DNA of 64,000 nt from Gordius albopunctatus. Taxonomy: Eukaryota. The DNA is taken from the NCBI GenBank assembly GCA_964276515.1, contig OZ193909.1, positions 8,990,001 through 9,054,000 of the forward strand, in the 5' to 3' direction. How positions within the stretch are numbered: the first letter of the stretch is position 1; every line of letters begins with the position of its first letter. A model generated the notes under the pieces. It worked only from the letters and a program-made list of their open reading frames with translations, was not told where the DNA came from and did not search any database. Positions 27,327 through 42,300 of the stretch are shown piece by piece. The translations under genes and the position numbers were made by a program.

Positions 27327-30300
27327 ATGTTATTTAATCTAGCTATCATCTTTCTTCTTTTTAAATATCATTTCACTACACATTTTAGAGGTGGAATGCT
27401 AACTTGGAGCCCTTCAAAAAATCCCTACGAAGTAAACCTTTTTAGATTTGCAATATGTTTAATTAAGGCATTTGGCTTTATGATAACAAAAATAATATGG
27501 CTTTCCTAAATATAACTATGACTAGTTTGGTATTTCGGTTCTCTTAAAATATAGTGGTTTAACATGCTTTATTATGATACTATTTTCGGTAAAGAGTTTT
27601 ATTTGAAATTTAATAACTTCAAAATATTTCCTCTTTTCTTTTAAGAGTCAATAGATATTGAAACTTATCAGAATTCAGAGGTTTCATGAAACATTTTATC
27701 TATTGCCGAATCAAACAGAAAAAATATATTAGTCTGCCTTCCATTATTCATATCAAATGTAGCCTTTGCCACCCATGAATTCCCAGGGAAAGGCATAAAG
27801 TAGCGGCTACCCCCCCCCCCTAAATTCATATTTTTTCATACTTCATAATTTAATTTTTAAATCATTACCAAATTTTTGGTCTTCTTTAATCCAGATTCTG
27901 CATCAATAGTTTTAAAAAAGACGCTATTATAAAATTCCAGTTTAACATAAAATTTTTACGATTGTACAGGTGAAAAACTCAGTAGGTGATTTAAACTAAT
28001 AAGAAATATTTTTTTGCTGCTACATAGCTCTATTTGGATTAATATAAAAGATAATTAAATAAATGGCCTTCAGATGAAAACTATAAAATGAGGAATTATA
28101 GCTAAAAGCACAAACGGTTAGAAATCCTATAATTTAAAAAGCTCACTAGCAAACACTATTCCTTTTTGTTGAAAATTAGCATTATGTTAGGGATGATCAT
28201 TGCATACAATATACTATATAAAATTTTTTGGTTTTTTTGTTTTCTTAAATGGTGTAGTCAGTGTCTATATATTTTTTAATATACCATATATCATGCTATA
28301 AAAATAGTTTTAAGCGAATAAATAACTTTATAATTGTATAAATTTAGCTTTTGCCTAATAGCATTCGATATTATTTTTAACTCTATAATTAACACCATGT
28401 AAATGCTTATACCCAACTAAATCAAAATCGAAATTAACTCATTATATTTAATTAATAATGTTTACGCCAAGCTCTCCAAATTTTACCCACCTAATAATTG
28501 TACAACAATAATTTTTAAAAATACTATTAATTAAATACAAAATCTGAATTAAATTTTCATTATTGAAGCAATTAGTGTAATATTCGGTAAAGAACAAATG
28601 TGAAGCCTTCTCCTTGCCCAAATTGTTTCTTATATATTTTATCAAAAAAATAATGTCAAAATCGCAATTGCTAAACTAATAAATAATCGCATTTATTTTA
28701 AATGAGAGAGATTCCTCTTTTTTATATTTTTGGAAAGATTAATGAATAAATACAATTGAGTGACCATAGGGTGCTTGGTTTATATGCTATTTTTTTAGTT
28801 TTAGGGTTTTTAGGTGTCAGGACATGCAATCCTACAAGGACTACTATTACTAGGCATTCCAGAAATAGGGTTCAATAATAGAATGGCTCTGACTTTTCTA
28901 ACTGTTTCGTAATTAGTTGTGATTGCTATAAAGACCTTGGCTATCATATCATACTTATTTTTAATTTTCAAAATGAGGAATAAGCAAAGATGAACATCTC
29001 GTGCAGTCTTACCGAAAGATGTTGAAAAACCAGTTGTGTAAAACATAATCTCATAATTCCAATGGAAGGAAGAGATTTTAGACCTAGTAATTTTATAACA
29101 CCTTATATTATCTATATTGACTGACACAGAGCACTATTAAAGGGCTTTTTTTTTATAAAGTTCAGCTCTAATTTTCACCGATTTATTTTAAAATTTACCT
29201 TTACCAAACTTTTTTTTTTATCTATTACCGAATTCGCACTTTTTTGGGTTTTTCGAATTTAGAGATCAAAAGATTAAAAATTGTAATTAGTTCAATTGAT
29301 AATAAATCTCAGTAACTGTTATTATATTCGTTAATATCTAATTTGAGAGGAGAAATAAGTTTGTGTATTGATTGTAATAAAGATTTGCAAGGAGATATTT
29401 GGGCTTGGAATATTATCAAATTTCATAAATATTACAATAGTAATAATGTAGCGTCACCAAATTTTAATTTTTTATTGATCCGACATAGGAAAAATAAATG
29501 ATTTTTTTATTAAATTTTTTGACATATTTATTTTTATTGTCACTTTTATTATTATATTTGAATTATATGGCTTTGATAATAAATTTAATATTTATTTATA
29601 TAAAATCAATATGTCCTTTAAAATTCGAAAAATAATTATTTTGGACAAAATATCCCAATTGTCATGTCACCTTTGCTACCATATTTAAGTTTTTTTTGGT
29701 TCTGATCAATATTTTGACACAATTTAAACCTAATTATAATTTTCGGTTTAAAATTTAAAGAAATAAATGTTTTTCACCTAATTGCGACAATTGTCATAAT
29801 GCCACTTGGGTCACCAAATAAAAAATGCTCGATTATTAAGATTGACCTAAAAATAATATTTCCTTTTATTTCAAAGATACCTAAATTATTAACTTTATCA
29901 CGTATGAATGATAATAAAATGTTTCAAATCTATAAATTATAAAATGTTTAATCAGATTATTTAACAAATACGTCAAAGTTCACATTAACCCCCAGATTAA
30001 AAGTAAACCAATTTGTCACTCCCTGAGCTATTTTACAACATTTAAGTTTATGTGCACATTGAAATAAATTCGATACACACTATCCCGTTTTTCCTTTAAT
30101 CGAATTGATAATGACGCTCAAACACGAAATCGATGTCAAATAGGTAATAATGTTATGGCAAAACATGATCATAGAAATAAATTTATAAAGTAACTAGCTG
30201 ACACGGCAAACGTTGTTTTGCCATATACATTATGTCTGGCAAATTAACTAACTTACTATAAGTGTGTGGGGATATTTTTTGCAGAAGTTTTATCTAAATT

Positions 30301-33300
30301 GTAGTGTTATTTTTACAATCAATGGAAAGTAAACGTAAATAACTAATTGCAGGTAAGGAGTTTGTCGGGAATGCAGGGCAAAGAAAATTTTTTATTTATT
30401 GTTTCCTGGGGGGTTGTTGGTCTACGGGTTATATTTTCTTAACCACTCTTAAATAATACCTTTTTTATCATTCGCATCAATCACTTTGTTATATATGGAA
30501 AAATTAAGAGAGAATTACGGTGGATAAATTTTAGCAAATGTATCAAAAGATATTTTATCAAAAAAAGTTAAATGATTACTCAATTCAATAGCACACTTTT
30601 CCAGTATATGAAGGTTTCACAGTTATTGTTCAAGTTGATGCTCAAATTTGGGATACCATTTGAATTGCTGACGTCATAAGGCCTTTGGTGATTGACATAT
30701 AGGGTGACTGACAATACATATAAATCAATATTATTGGACCGATTTATTATTTGGGAGGTTAAAAAATAGATAACAACCGATTCTCATACCTACCGAATAT
30801 GCATGCAAAGTTTCATGAGAATTGGTTAAGCCGTTCAAGATGAGTTCAGGCACAAACACTATGACACGTGATTTTTATATATTAGATAGAGTCATTAAGA
30901 ATGGCCTTTATAATATAATTCTCTAAATAAAAAGCAATTTTAATATAATCAGGCGTAAACTAATGGGAAGACACGTGGACACCTGTCCTGAAGGTTATGG
31001 AGTTGGGATCAGAGACCAGATTTGCCCAAACCGGCCCGCTGCCCGAACCGGCCCGCCCGGCCCACTGCCTGAACCAGTCCGCCCGACCCACGGGCCGGGC
31101 AACTGTTGTAAATTTTAACTTTCGGGCGGGCCCGGGTGGGCACCATAACAAGATTCGGGCAATTCGGGCTCAATTTTGTTTTTGAAATAAAGTATTATAT
31201 TGTTTTTGTGTATATTTTGCCACTTTATAATTGATTTTATAATGTTTGTTAATCCAGTTCTCATTTAAAAAAAATCAAAAATTAAGATAAAATTTTTAAA
31301 AAATATAACACTATTACTGCTAAAAATTTTAAAACACACCATTTCGGGCCGGGCAGTTCGGGCAGCTGGGATAATTCGGGCATTTCCAGGCGGACACATA
31401 GAATATTTCGGGCGTGCTCCGGCGGGCAGATTAATTATAAAATCGGGCCGGACCATGTTCGGGCAAAAAAATTGTAACAAATCTGACCACTGGTTGGGAT
31501 TGATTTATTGTAAATATTTTCACTTTTGTTAATCGTAACCTATTCATCAAAAATTCTAATTGTTGGAGTATCAGCGTATTTCTTTAATATAAAAACTATT
31601 AAGGCAGATTTTTTGCAAGTTTCACTTAAAAGATATAAAGCAAAGCGAAGCCTATCATTTGGCTAGGAAAGATTAAGAGCTTGATATGATGATAGGCGCT
31701 TTTTACAAGGCTTAAACAATCAAGGAATTCTTGCCACTGTTATTTTTAATAGTTACTTGTAATGAGGCGTAGGCAGTTTACATCATTGCTCGAGTCCAAA
31801 AGAGGGCTAATCTCTTTTTGTATCGGAGTTAATTTGACAAATATGCGTTAAAGGCAATAAATAGAACAAGCTCTGAATGAGGAGAAAATAGGGCAGTGGC
31901 GTAAATGTGCCCCCCCCCTCCCGATTTTTTATAAAAAAATATTTTAGATCTAAAATTTATATTTTATAGTTGTGCAACTTAACTGACCAAGTAAGACACT
32001 TATTAATTGCTATGCAATTTATTGGAATTAGCTCCCACTCCAGATGAAGTTCTTGAGATATTATCGCTGGGAAAAAGAAAATATAAAATTATTTTATAAT
32101 GACTTTCTTTTTTAATTTTAATGTTGAAATAAAAATGCTATAAAAAAGGGCCGATCCATTTAATCTATTTTTTGACATAGTATTTCTTATATAAAAGCTA
32201 ATAGGTAAAGAAGAGTTGTGATGTTGGGCAAAGATTACAATATTCTATAATCTGATAGGGCGTCCAAGGGAATCTTTGGACGAAATCATTCTATGATTTA
32301 TTTTCAATCGCGTTTCTGGCAAAACAATCAAAGAATTTGGAGGAAATATTATTTGGAAATTTGCCAAAACTTGTTTATTGTCCAAAAACCGTTCATTTTT
32401 TTTGCTATCGAGGTTTCTTAAGTTCAAAAGTGAGCAAAGTTGCTGCTTCTGTTGCAACATCGTGATCATACCCAGCTTGTTTCAATTTCACTTTATTTAG
32501 TTTCTCTTCCATTTCTGACAACATTTCAATTAAAACTTCATGAAGTTTAAATAGATTAAATGGATTACACTTATTTTAGCGATTCATGGGGAATCAGCTC
32601 CTACTCCAGATGACACTGGGAAAAAGAAAATATGAAATTATTTTATGACTTTCTTTATGCTTTATACCAGATATTACACAACAAATTATTTGCTAAGTAT
32701 TTTATTGAAATTGCTAAGTATTTTATTCATTTGCTAAGTATTTAATAGGTTTGCTAAGTTTTTAAATTAATGCTAAGTTTTAAATTCAAATGCTAAGTAT
32801 TTTATTAATTTGCTAAGTATTTAAATGAATTTTGCTAAGTATTTTATTTGTTTGCTAAGTATTTTAATGTTTTGCTAAGTATTTAAATTATATGCTAAGT
32901 ATTTTAATATATTATGCTAAGTATTTAAATAAATTATGCCAAGTATTTAAATTATTTGCTAAGTATTTAAATAAATTATGCTAAGTATTTAATTATATGC
33001 TAGATTTATAAATATATTATCCTAAGTATTCAAAAGATTTTATAAATTTTAAAACAAATTAAGCTTTCTGTTTTTATATAACATTTAATATGACATTGTG
33101 AATGTGATCAAACAATAACTGGCGTTCTTTGGCGCCAAGATCACACACCAATTTGACATACATTCATTTAATTGCTTAATTTATTTATCAGACGAAGAGG
33201 AAGAAGCAGGAAGCTCAGGAGTTGAAATTCATAGCAGGCAGATGTGCAGATATTTTTTTATTCAAATCTAAAATAAATTATTCATCCCCCTTATTTGTTA

Positions 33301-36300
33301 CCCTCTTTCTCACCAGGGGGCAGGGGGGGGTGACCTTATTTTTTACTCTCTTCCTCACCAGGAAGGGGGAGGGGGGTGATTTGACTCCCCCCCCCCTAAT
33401 TTTTTACCCTTTTTCTCACCAGGGAGTGGGGGGCCTTATTTTTACCCTCTTTCTCAACAGGGAGGAGGGGGGGGTGGCAAATCAACCCTCCCCCCCCCGG
33501 GTTGAGAAAGAGGATAAAAAGGGGGGGGGGGCGCAAATTACCCCCTCTCCCCCTGATTAGAAAGAGGGTGAAAAAAGGGGGGGGGTCATATCACCTCCCT
33601 CCCCCAGGTGAGAAAAAGGGTAAAAAAAACGGGGGGGGCAAATCACTCCCCTCCCCTCTGGTGAGAAAGAGGGTTAAAAATATGATGGGGGGGGGGAACC
33701 AACGGGGGAAAAAAAAGGAGGGGGGGGGGCAAACTTCTTAATTTATTTAAAAAAATTGTATACCAATTAAAATATTATTTATAAAATATAAGTAAGCGCA
33801 AAATAAATTAATATCACAAACTAAAATTATGAATTTATATTACTGAGCATTTTTTAATTTAAAGCTGAGCATTTTAAAGTTAATTTACTGAGCAATTTTG
33901 AATTTTTAACTGGGCACTTTAGTAAAACACTTAGCTCATTTTACTGAGAATCTCTTAATTTATTACTGAACATTTAAATAACATCCTTAAAAATTAAAAA
34001 TTTTCTTTGAAATTATTACCATTAAAACTTTGTCCTTTTTAGCTTTAAAAGCTTATTACCTTATATTTTTTTAATACTCAGCATTTTGATTAAAATTCAT
34101 AATTTAGATTTTTTAAATAAAATACTTACCATTTTAATAAAAAACTTAGCAATCAAAATAAAAACTTAGCAATTTAATAATAAAAACTTAGCATTTAAAA
34201 ATAAAATACTTAGCATTTCCTTTAAAATACTTAGCATTTAGATTAAAATACTTAGCATAAAATACTTAGCGTTTTTTAGTAAAATACTTAGCACTCTAAT
34301 TAAAATACTTAGCCTAAATTACTTAGCAATTTGTAATTATTTACTTAGCATTAAAATAACACCCCAGATATTATAATTTTGATGTTGAAATAAAAATGTT
34401 AAATTCAGCGAAATGATTTTGACTTTTTAAAGAGATTTTTTATTTAGTGTTTTTTATATTGTAGGGTGTACCAAATTTTCCATGTTAGTATCTTGATCAA
34501 ATTATAAAAAAAACTCGGGCCTTCGGCCCTCGTGGGAAGGGGAGGGGGAACGAAACTCATCTATACTCCGTATAAAAGTAGCATATTTACTATGCAATTC
34601 ATGGGCGAGAAAGGTGGGAAGGGGTGAGAATGCTTATAGGAGGGTATTAAATGCAAAATAATTGGACTGGCGAGCCTAGGATAATTATCAATGTTAACCT
34701 AATATACCAATTCAAAAACGGAAAAAAATCGATTTATTTGGCCAATGGTCATTTTTCATTGGTCAGTAGCCAGCTGAAGGTCAAAAAGTCATATTATCAA
34801 TCAATGGTATTAACAAGAACAAACTATTAATTTAATTTAAAAAAAAAAAAAATTTGTCCTATCCGGAATTCGAACCAGCCTGCTGGTATTTAAATGGTAG
34901 AAGTTTTTATGTTATTTATATAGATAATGAAATAATAAAGATGTGTTTTATGTTTATTATATAATAAAATGAAACAATAATAGAAAATCAATATATTATA
35001 GATAATTTAACAGTACCAAGAGACGGTCACGAGTCAAAAAAAAACGAAAAAAAAATTTCGATGCACACTTTAGCGAAAAAAATCGAAGTGAATTTTTGGG
35101 CTAATTTATAAAACACTTTATTCTTTTTCTTAATATCTTTATATCCATCGTGAAATTTATCATATATCACGAAAATAACAATTATAAATGAAACCGCAGG
35201 CAGACGATTATTTTCGCCCGCGGCAAAAGGCGAAAGAAAATAAGATACAAATCATTTTGTACTTTTCGCGCGATAATTAAAAATTTGAATTTGGTATGTA
35301 TGTATTAATTGTTAATTGCTATGCAATTTATGGGCTCGTTTTTGGTTGTCCGTCCGTCCGTCCGTCCACCAAGTTATTTACACCAGCTTCCCGACCTGGA
35401 GGTTGCGGGTTCGAGACCCGGAGAGGACAAAATTTTTTTTTTTTTTTAAATTAAATTAATATTTTTTTCTTGTTAATACCATTGATAATATGACTTTTTG
35501 ACCGTCCGCAGGCTACTGACCAATGAAAAAATGACCACTGGCCAGATAAATCGAAATTTTTAATTTTTCGTTTTTGAATAGTTTAACATTGATAATTACC
35601 CTATGCCCTCCCCTACAAGGGCCTATGGCTCTATTTATATGGTTCCCTGTTCCCCTCCAAAGGCTTATGCCTCTATTTAATGTGGGTTTGAATCCCGGCG
35701 AACGTTCTAAATTGATGGTTCGAGACCCGGAGAGGACAAAAATTTTTATTTTTTTTAAATTAAATTAATATATTGTTCTTGTTAATACCATTGATAATAT
35801 GAATTTTTGACCGTCCGCAGGCTACTGACCAATGAAAAAATGACCACTTGCCAGATAAATCGAAATTTTTAATTTTTCGTTTTTGAATAGTTTAACATTG
35901 ATAATTACCCTATGCCCTCCCCTACAAGGGCCTATGGCTCTATTTATATGGTTCCCTGTTCCCCTCCAAAGGCTTATGCCTCTATTTAATGTGGGTTCGA
36001 ATCCCGGAGAGGGCAAAATTTTTATTTTTTTAATTAATTTAATATTTTTTTCTTGTTAATACCATTGATAATATGACTTTTTGACCGTCCGCTGGCTACT
36101 GACCAATGAAAAAATGAACATTGGCCAAATAAATCCTAATTTTTCGTTTTTCCTTTTTGAATAAGTTAACATTGATAATTGAAAAAAATTACCATTGGCC
36201 AAATAAATCAAAATTTTTTGTTCGTTTTTGAATAGGTTAACATTGATAATTACCCTATACTTTTTAATAATTGCTATGCAATTTATCTAGTTTTTGGGTT

Positions 36301-39300
36301 AGAATCCCGGAGTTTTTTTTGACTCTTATGATTGTTCTTGTTACTATCAATGATAATAAGACTTTTTGGCCGTCCGCTGGCTGCTGACCAATGAAAAAAA
36401 TGACCATTGGCCAAAATGTGTATCCGAGTTTATTTTTTCGTTTTTTTTGAATATTATGATTGTTCCTGTTCCTACCATTGCTATTATGACTTTTTGGCCG
36501 TCCGCTGGCTGCTGACCAATGGAATAAAATGACCATTGGCCAAAATGTGTATCCGAGTTTATTTTTTCGTTTTTTTTTGAATATTATGATTGTTCCTGTT
36601 CCTACCATTGCTATTATGACTTTTTGGCCGTCCGCTGGCTGCTGACCAATGGAATAAAATAACCATTGGCCAAAATGTGATTCGAAAACTTTTTTTTCGT
36701 TTTTTTGACTATTATGAATTTATATCCACTTTTACCTTGTCCTGGCTGCTGACCAATGGAAAAAAATGACCTTTGGCCAAAATGTGATTTAAAAATTTTT
36801 TTTTCGTTTTTTTTGACTATTATGATTGTTCCTGTTCCTACCATTGCTATTATGACTTTTTGGTAATACAACTCCCGTAGAATTTAACTAACCATAAAGC
36901 TTCCCCTTCGCTCCCTCTCTCCCCCTTTATGATATTTGGCATATACACTTATTTAGTGCTTCCAACCTTCGTTTTGCAATATTCACGTAAGTATTTCCAT
37001 AAATTGCATAGCAAATATGATACATTTATACGGAGTGTAGATGAGTTCCCCCTTCCTTCCCCTCCTCCCCTCCCCCCCCCTTCCCTCCCCTTCCCCCTTC
37101 CCACGAGGGCCGAAGGCCCGAGTTTTTATGTAACTTTTGAATCATCTATTTTTTCTTTTCGCTCGTATAACTTGATTTTTAATTTTATTTTAAAACTTTT
37201 TTAACATTTCACCCTAATATAGAAGCCTGAAAAATAAGTTATTTTCTTATTGGAGTTATTTTGAATTAATCTTTATTTGAGGTATATTATTTCAATATTA
37301 TATAACTTACAGACATGGGCTTAGGGAACAAAAACTTTGAAAATGATTAAGGGTGAAAGCAAGATAATGTTTTTTAAAATTTCCAGTAATTTTGTTAAAT
37401 TAAAAATATTTCTGGGTCCCCCTGGCTACGATCATAAAAAATCAACGAGGCCTAAACCTGAATTTCTAATTGTTTTTTTTATACTTTTTCATAAAAGGCT
37501 CTTCTCCACACTTTATTTGAAGAAAAAATATCATGGCAACATAGTTAATAGATTTTTATAAGAGTTAGTTTCAAATAAAGACAATTCGTATAACTTCAAA
37601 AAAGACCGGGGTTAACCTATAAATTAGGTAAGATGTCCTCCCTTAATTGGAGTTAAATAAGTATAAATAATTTATGTGTGTATGTTCTTAAATTGCGAAA
37701 ATATGAAAACTTATAGTTTCATAAAATTTTAAATAATAATTTAAAAAAGATAAATATGAGCTTAAATTTGTTTGTTAACGATTTTCTTTCTGCTGACATT
37801 TTTTAAAGTTAAAAGAACATGATGTCTTTTTTTTGCTTCTAAGATACAAAGTTAGTTTTTCGACATTAATTACGCACCATGCTAAAATGAATGAGTGAAA
37901 ATCAGAGTGATCATTGCACTTTAAGTTATTTGAAAGATGATTAAATTCCAAAACAATATATATTTGCATATAAATAATATGAAAAAGTCAATTCATTTTC
38001 TTTAAAACTTGTTAAAAGTTGGAAAAAAACATCATTTTTAATTAATTCGCAAAATTTAAAAAAGGTTCCTGCCCGTGAAATCTTCTTTTCTGCAAGGTTT
38101 TTTTGTAATAAAAATGAATCCACAATTTTCCTCCTCGGGTATGTGCCTTAATAAAGTACATTTATGATTTAAATTTGGCGATATTTTAATATAAATGACA
38201 AATTTATTTGAGAGGATGTCCATGAACGCGGTAAACTCACAGCCCCGGTGTCTCCTAATGTTTTCAACTACTTATAAGAATTTAATTTTAGAAGTGCTGT
38301 ATCTGCAATTTTTGAAAATTCTAAATCAAAAAGTTTCTTAAAATATATGAAAAAGTTTTTGGATTTGCTAATAAGATTCTTATATTGCTCAATCTGCAAA
38401 GTTTAATTTTTTGGACTAGTGGGGCTCTATCTGCCATGCCATCCAATCCCAAGCGCTCATTTAAACACGTGAATAAATCGTCTGTTCAAATTTTAATTCG
38501 CATAATGTCTCTACAATTACTTTTTTACTGTGTTATATCAAAAAATGAAAAAATAATCTAAATCAGATAGTTATCGCAAATTATAAGCATTAAAACAATA
38601 ATATTGATAATATATATAGTTGTACCACATTATTTTGAAGTGCATTATAGGAGCTAAATGATTGCTATTTAATTTTGACGAAATAAGGATCAAACATTCC
38701 CTCATCCCGTCATGATAATTTTTTTTATTTAAACTCGATTTGAAGAAAATAATTGAAGTCTCAGTTATAGGAATTTCGAATTAGTAAGTAGAAATAAATT
38801 GGACTCAATCGTCAAGTGCCCATTTTATTTAATTTTTGATTTCTGCTAAGTTTTCTTTTATCCCGCAACTTAGCATTTGCTATGCTTTTGGATGATCACA
38901 AACAAAGTTCAGGCTAAATTTTTTTATTACTGAAGCAGATAAATTATTAAAACTGAATAGGATTTTGCACTAGAAAGTACATTTCGACTGCTTCTAGAGT
39001 GAATTTTAATAATAAAGATCATAAAGATCATAAAGGTATTTTGAGCCAAATTTCAAGTGCTGACTCAAATTTTGCACCCAATGTAAAAAAGGTTCAGCTA
39101 TAGCAGCTTTAATTTTAAAATATTCCTTTTTGAAAAAGTCAACAGGTTAATATATAATATTTAAGGTTGATTTACACGAGAAACAACGACGTTCAATCTT
39201 GCCACTAAATTAATTCGTCTAAAAGTCAGGATTTAAAATGAATGTTATGCCCAAATTTTGGTTGGACAATAAGAAATTGCGGGATCGAGTATGTCTCGGG

Positions 39301-42300
39301 CAAATTGGCAATAAGAACATCGTCCTTTAGCCGGTCTCGGGACAATAAAAAGAAACTTTTTCAGGGCTCTCCCTTTGATAAATTTTAATAGCCGATCGAG
39401 ATTAATATGAATAGAGAGTCAGATAACGGAATGATCTGTAAGATTATTTAAAGATATTTTTATGTATTAGCCTCAAGTATGGAAATGGTTTTTTGGATTT
39501 TAAGCGGGGACCTAGTTGGGCGGTAAAAGAGGACTTAACCACCAAACATGGGCTTAGTCAAAATTAAAATTAGAAAGAAAAATCTAGGAATGAAGCATGG
39601 GCAAAATGATTCTATTTTTAATTTTTACCTATGCTTCTCATTTAGTATATATGAGTTTCTCCTGCTTCCCCTCATTTTCTCCATGCCATTGAATCCTACT
39701 TGGTAAATACAGCAAAGTGAATATTAAGGCTATTGAAAATTCAATAAAAAAAGTATTGGCAATAAAAGAAGGCTATATATAATGAAATTATATATCACTT
39801 TGTTTAAATATGGGCATGCAAATTAAAAGTAACTAAATTTAAATGATTCATATACCTATATAATAAACTTTAAAGTCTGAAATATATGCATTTATTTAAT
39901 TAAATTAGAATTAAATATGCTCAAAAAATATCATATGATTTTAAGAGACTTTCTAATAGTGAAAAAAACTTTTATAATTTCGTCAAACTACATTTTTTAA
40001 AACTGACCTATATTTATCATTTTTGATAACAATCTATAGATTTCAATCTAGGTCAATTGAAAAAAAATGCATATAATTTGCATATGAAATGGCTCTTTTT
40101 TGTCTTTGGATACAACTTTAGAAGATTGCTAAAATCTTTACTTTACAATTCTTACTATTTAAAAGTTGTTTTAGGACTAAATTAAATATTAGACTTAAAA
40201 ACAAACCATATACAAATTAACCACTAAATTTTTAGAAAATCAAATATTTTAATAAAAAATCGTATGAAAGTTATTAAATATTCATTAAATATTAAATTAA
40301 GAATCAGCTGATGTGCCTAAATAGAATCGTAGTTCGAATTCAAATATTTTGTTTATTTATTTATATTTAATTTTTGCTAGCATATTGTATCATTGTTTTA
40401 AGATCTTTGCATTTTTCTCAGATTTCGATTATATTTATATTTAATTCATATAGAGCACGACGACTAAAAGGTTAAATTTGCCCCCATTCCGCCAACTAAA
40501 ATTTTAATATTATAATATCCTGATTCCTAGCAGATATTTGATATGTGAGATAATTATAAAATAGTGGTAGGGGAGACTAGGGCTAGTAGTAAACCGGGGT
40601 TACTTTCAGCTTTTCAATTATTTTCAAAAAAAAATAATCATGAAACCTTAAAATTCAAAACATATGTGTATTTTGTCATAAGGCATAAGTGAAATAAAAT
40701 TTCTTTGAACAAAAACAGAACGAAAATTTATATGAGGAAAAACGTTTTTGGAGAGTATTAGTTTAGTAATTGTATATTTTATACAAATTTAGGTTTTATC
40801 TTATAAAGAGATATTTTTAATATAAAATCCGTATAATGATTAAATTTTATTTGCAATATAACACGTTAAATTATTTAATTGTTTAAAAAATAGGGGTCGA
40901 AGCTGTTCGGAGAGGGGCTTGCTTGTAAAGAAGACACATGCAAGATTTAACATGGAAGATTTAAAAAACAAATTTTTGTTTAATAACTTAACTCTGTATA
41001 ATTTTGATAGAAATAGACTATGATTATACATTAAAATCTTAACAGATTTTTACTTTGCAGAATCAGTCTTTTATGCCTAAGTCAGATCAAGGGCGTAGCC
41101 AGGATTTGCTAGAGGGGGGGGGGGTTAAAATTTTTGAAGCCATATTTTTTTTGGAAGTAATTTTATTTTCGACATATATTATTGAAATAAAGTAAAAATA
41201 CAACAAAAATAAATTATAATATAACAAAATATTTAAAAACTTTAAACAATTAATATCGACGTTTTTTAGATAAAAATGCATTAATAATATCTTCTGTTTT
41301 GGGGGTATATTGTCTATGTACATTTAACAAGGTTAATCCAGTAAGCCTAAATTAAAAATTAGTAAAACCATTCAATTTACCTTTCTTGTCCCATTGTGTT
41401 CCTGAGATAAGTTTTTAGTCTTTCTAAAGCTGAAAAACATCTCTCATTAGAGCATGTTGTAACGGGGAGTGTGGCTAAAATATGGTATAATGTTTTTATA
41501 TTTGGATTTGATTTTAATTTGGACGCATGATTGGTTAATGTTTCCAATGCAGCATTGGTAGGCAAATTCTCTAATTCACAGTCCTTGAACGACTGATACC
41601 ACAATTTAATATCCGATTTGAATTGTTCTTGAGAGCCGTCAAGATCTTCTTCATAAAAATTTGCCAATTGAAGAAAATTATTTAATATCTCTGTTGAGAG
41701 CATGACAGGGGACTTAATTAGAAGGGAATCAAATCCCAACAGTATTTTCTTGTTTTTTAGAAACCTTTCATCAAGTTCCACCAAAACCGCATCTAAAAAG
41801 GAGTTATGCAACGAAACTCTGTAATAAGTTTCTGGACAAGATGTTTCAATGTTTGAACAAAGAGTTTGTCGTGAGGCTCTCCTAGGAATAGTAATTTTGA
41901 AATCATATATATCTCCTAGTGACAAGACATCATTGTAGATTGTTCTAAATTCTTCTTGGGAATTTTCCCGCAAATGTTGAATCTGTATAAACGCATTTTC
42001 GGCTGCATTTATGGCCTGAGAAAGGTCTATATTAATCCTTTGCAAATAATTGCTAAGATTAATAGTGTAAGAGAAAATTTGATTTAGCATGTACAAAGAC
42101 AGCCAAAAGTTGGATGTCCTTAATGATGAAAGCAAAATCGCCGCATTGGACGATGATTACATCTCCTCCAAGGTAGCAAATATTGCATCCTTCGCTTCAC
42201 AGAATCTTTGAACAGAATTGTGCTTTTGTGTCCATCTAGTTTCACACAGTGATATTAATTTTGTGAATTTAGGGTTATCCGGCAATGACAATACTTTAGA

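Noticed and set aside
28810..29127. 105-aa minus-strand ORF
   Set aside because: No recognisable motif and no compatible splice partners found.
30960..31480. Pro/Ala/Arg-rich short ORFs
   Set aside because: Arise from CCCG subterminal repeats of the hAT MITE.
32245..32469. 74-aa minus-strand ORF
   Set aside because: No recognisable family; probably decayed TE or chance.
32690..33030. Short regularly spaced repeats resembling a CRISPR array
   Set aside because: Eukaryotic context, 9-12-bp core with AT-only short spacers, mirrored by an inverted array; no cas genes.
33222..33741. Gly/Pro/Lys-rich ORFs of 112 and 79 aa
   Set aside because: Translations of G/C-run repeats in the foldback-like element.
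38900..39720. Slightly GC-richer tract, possibly an old LINE
   Set aside because: No motif I could identify with confidence.
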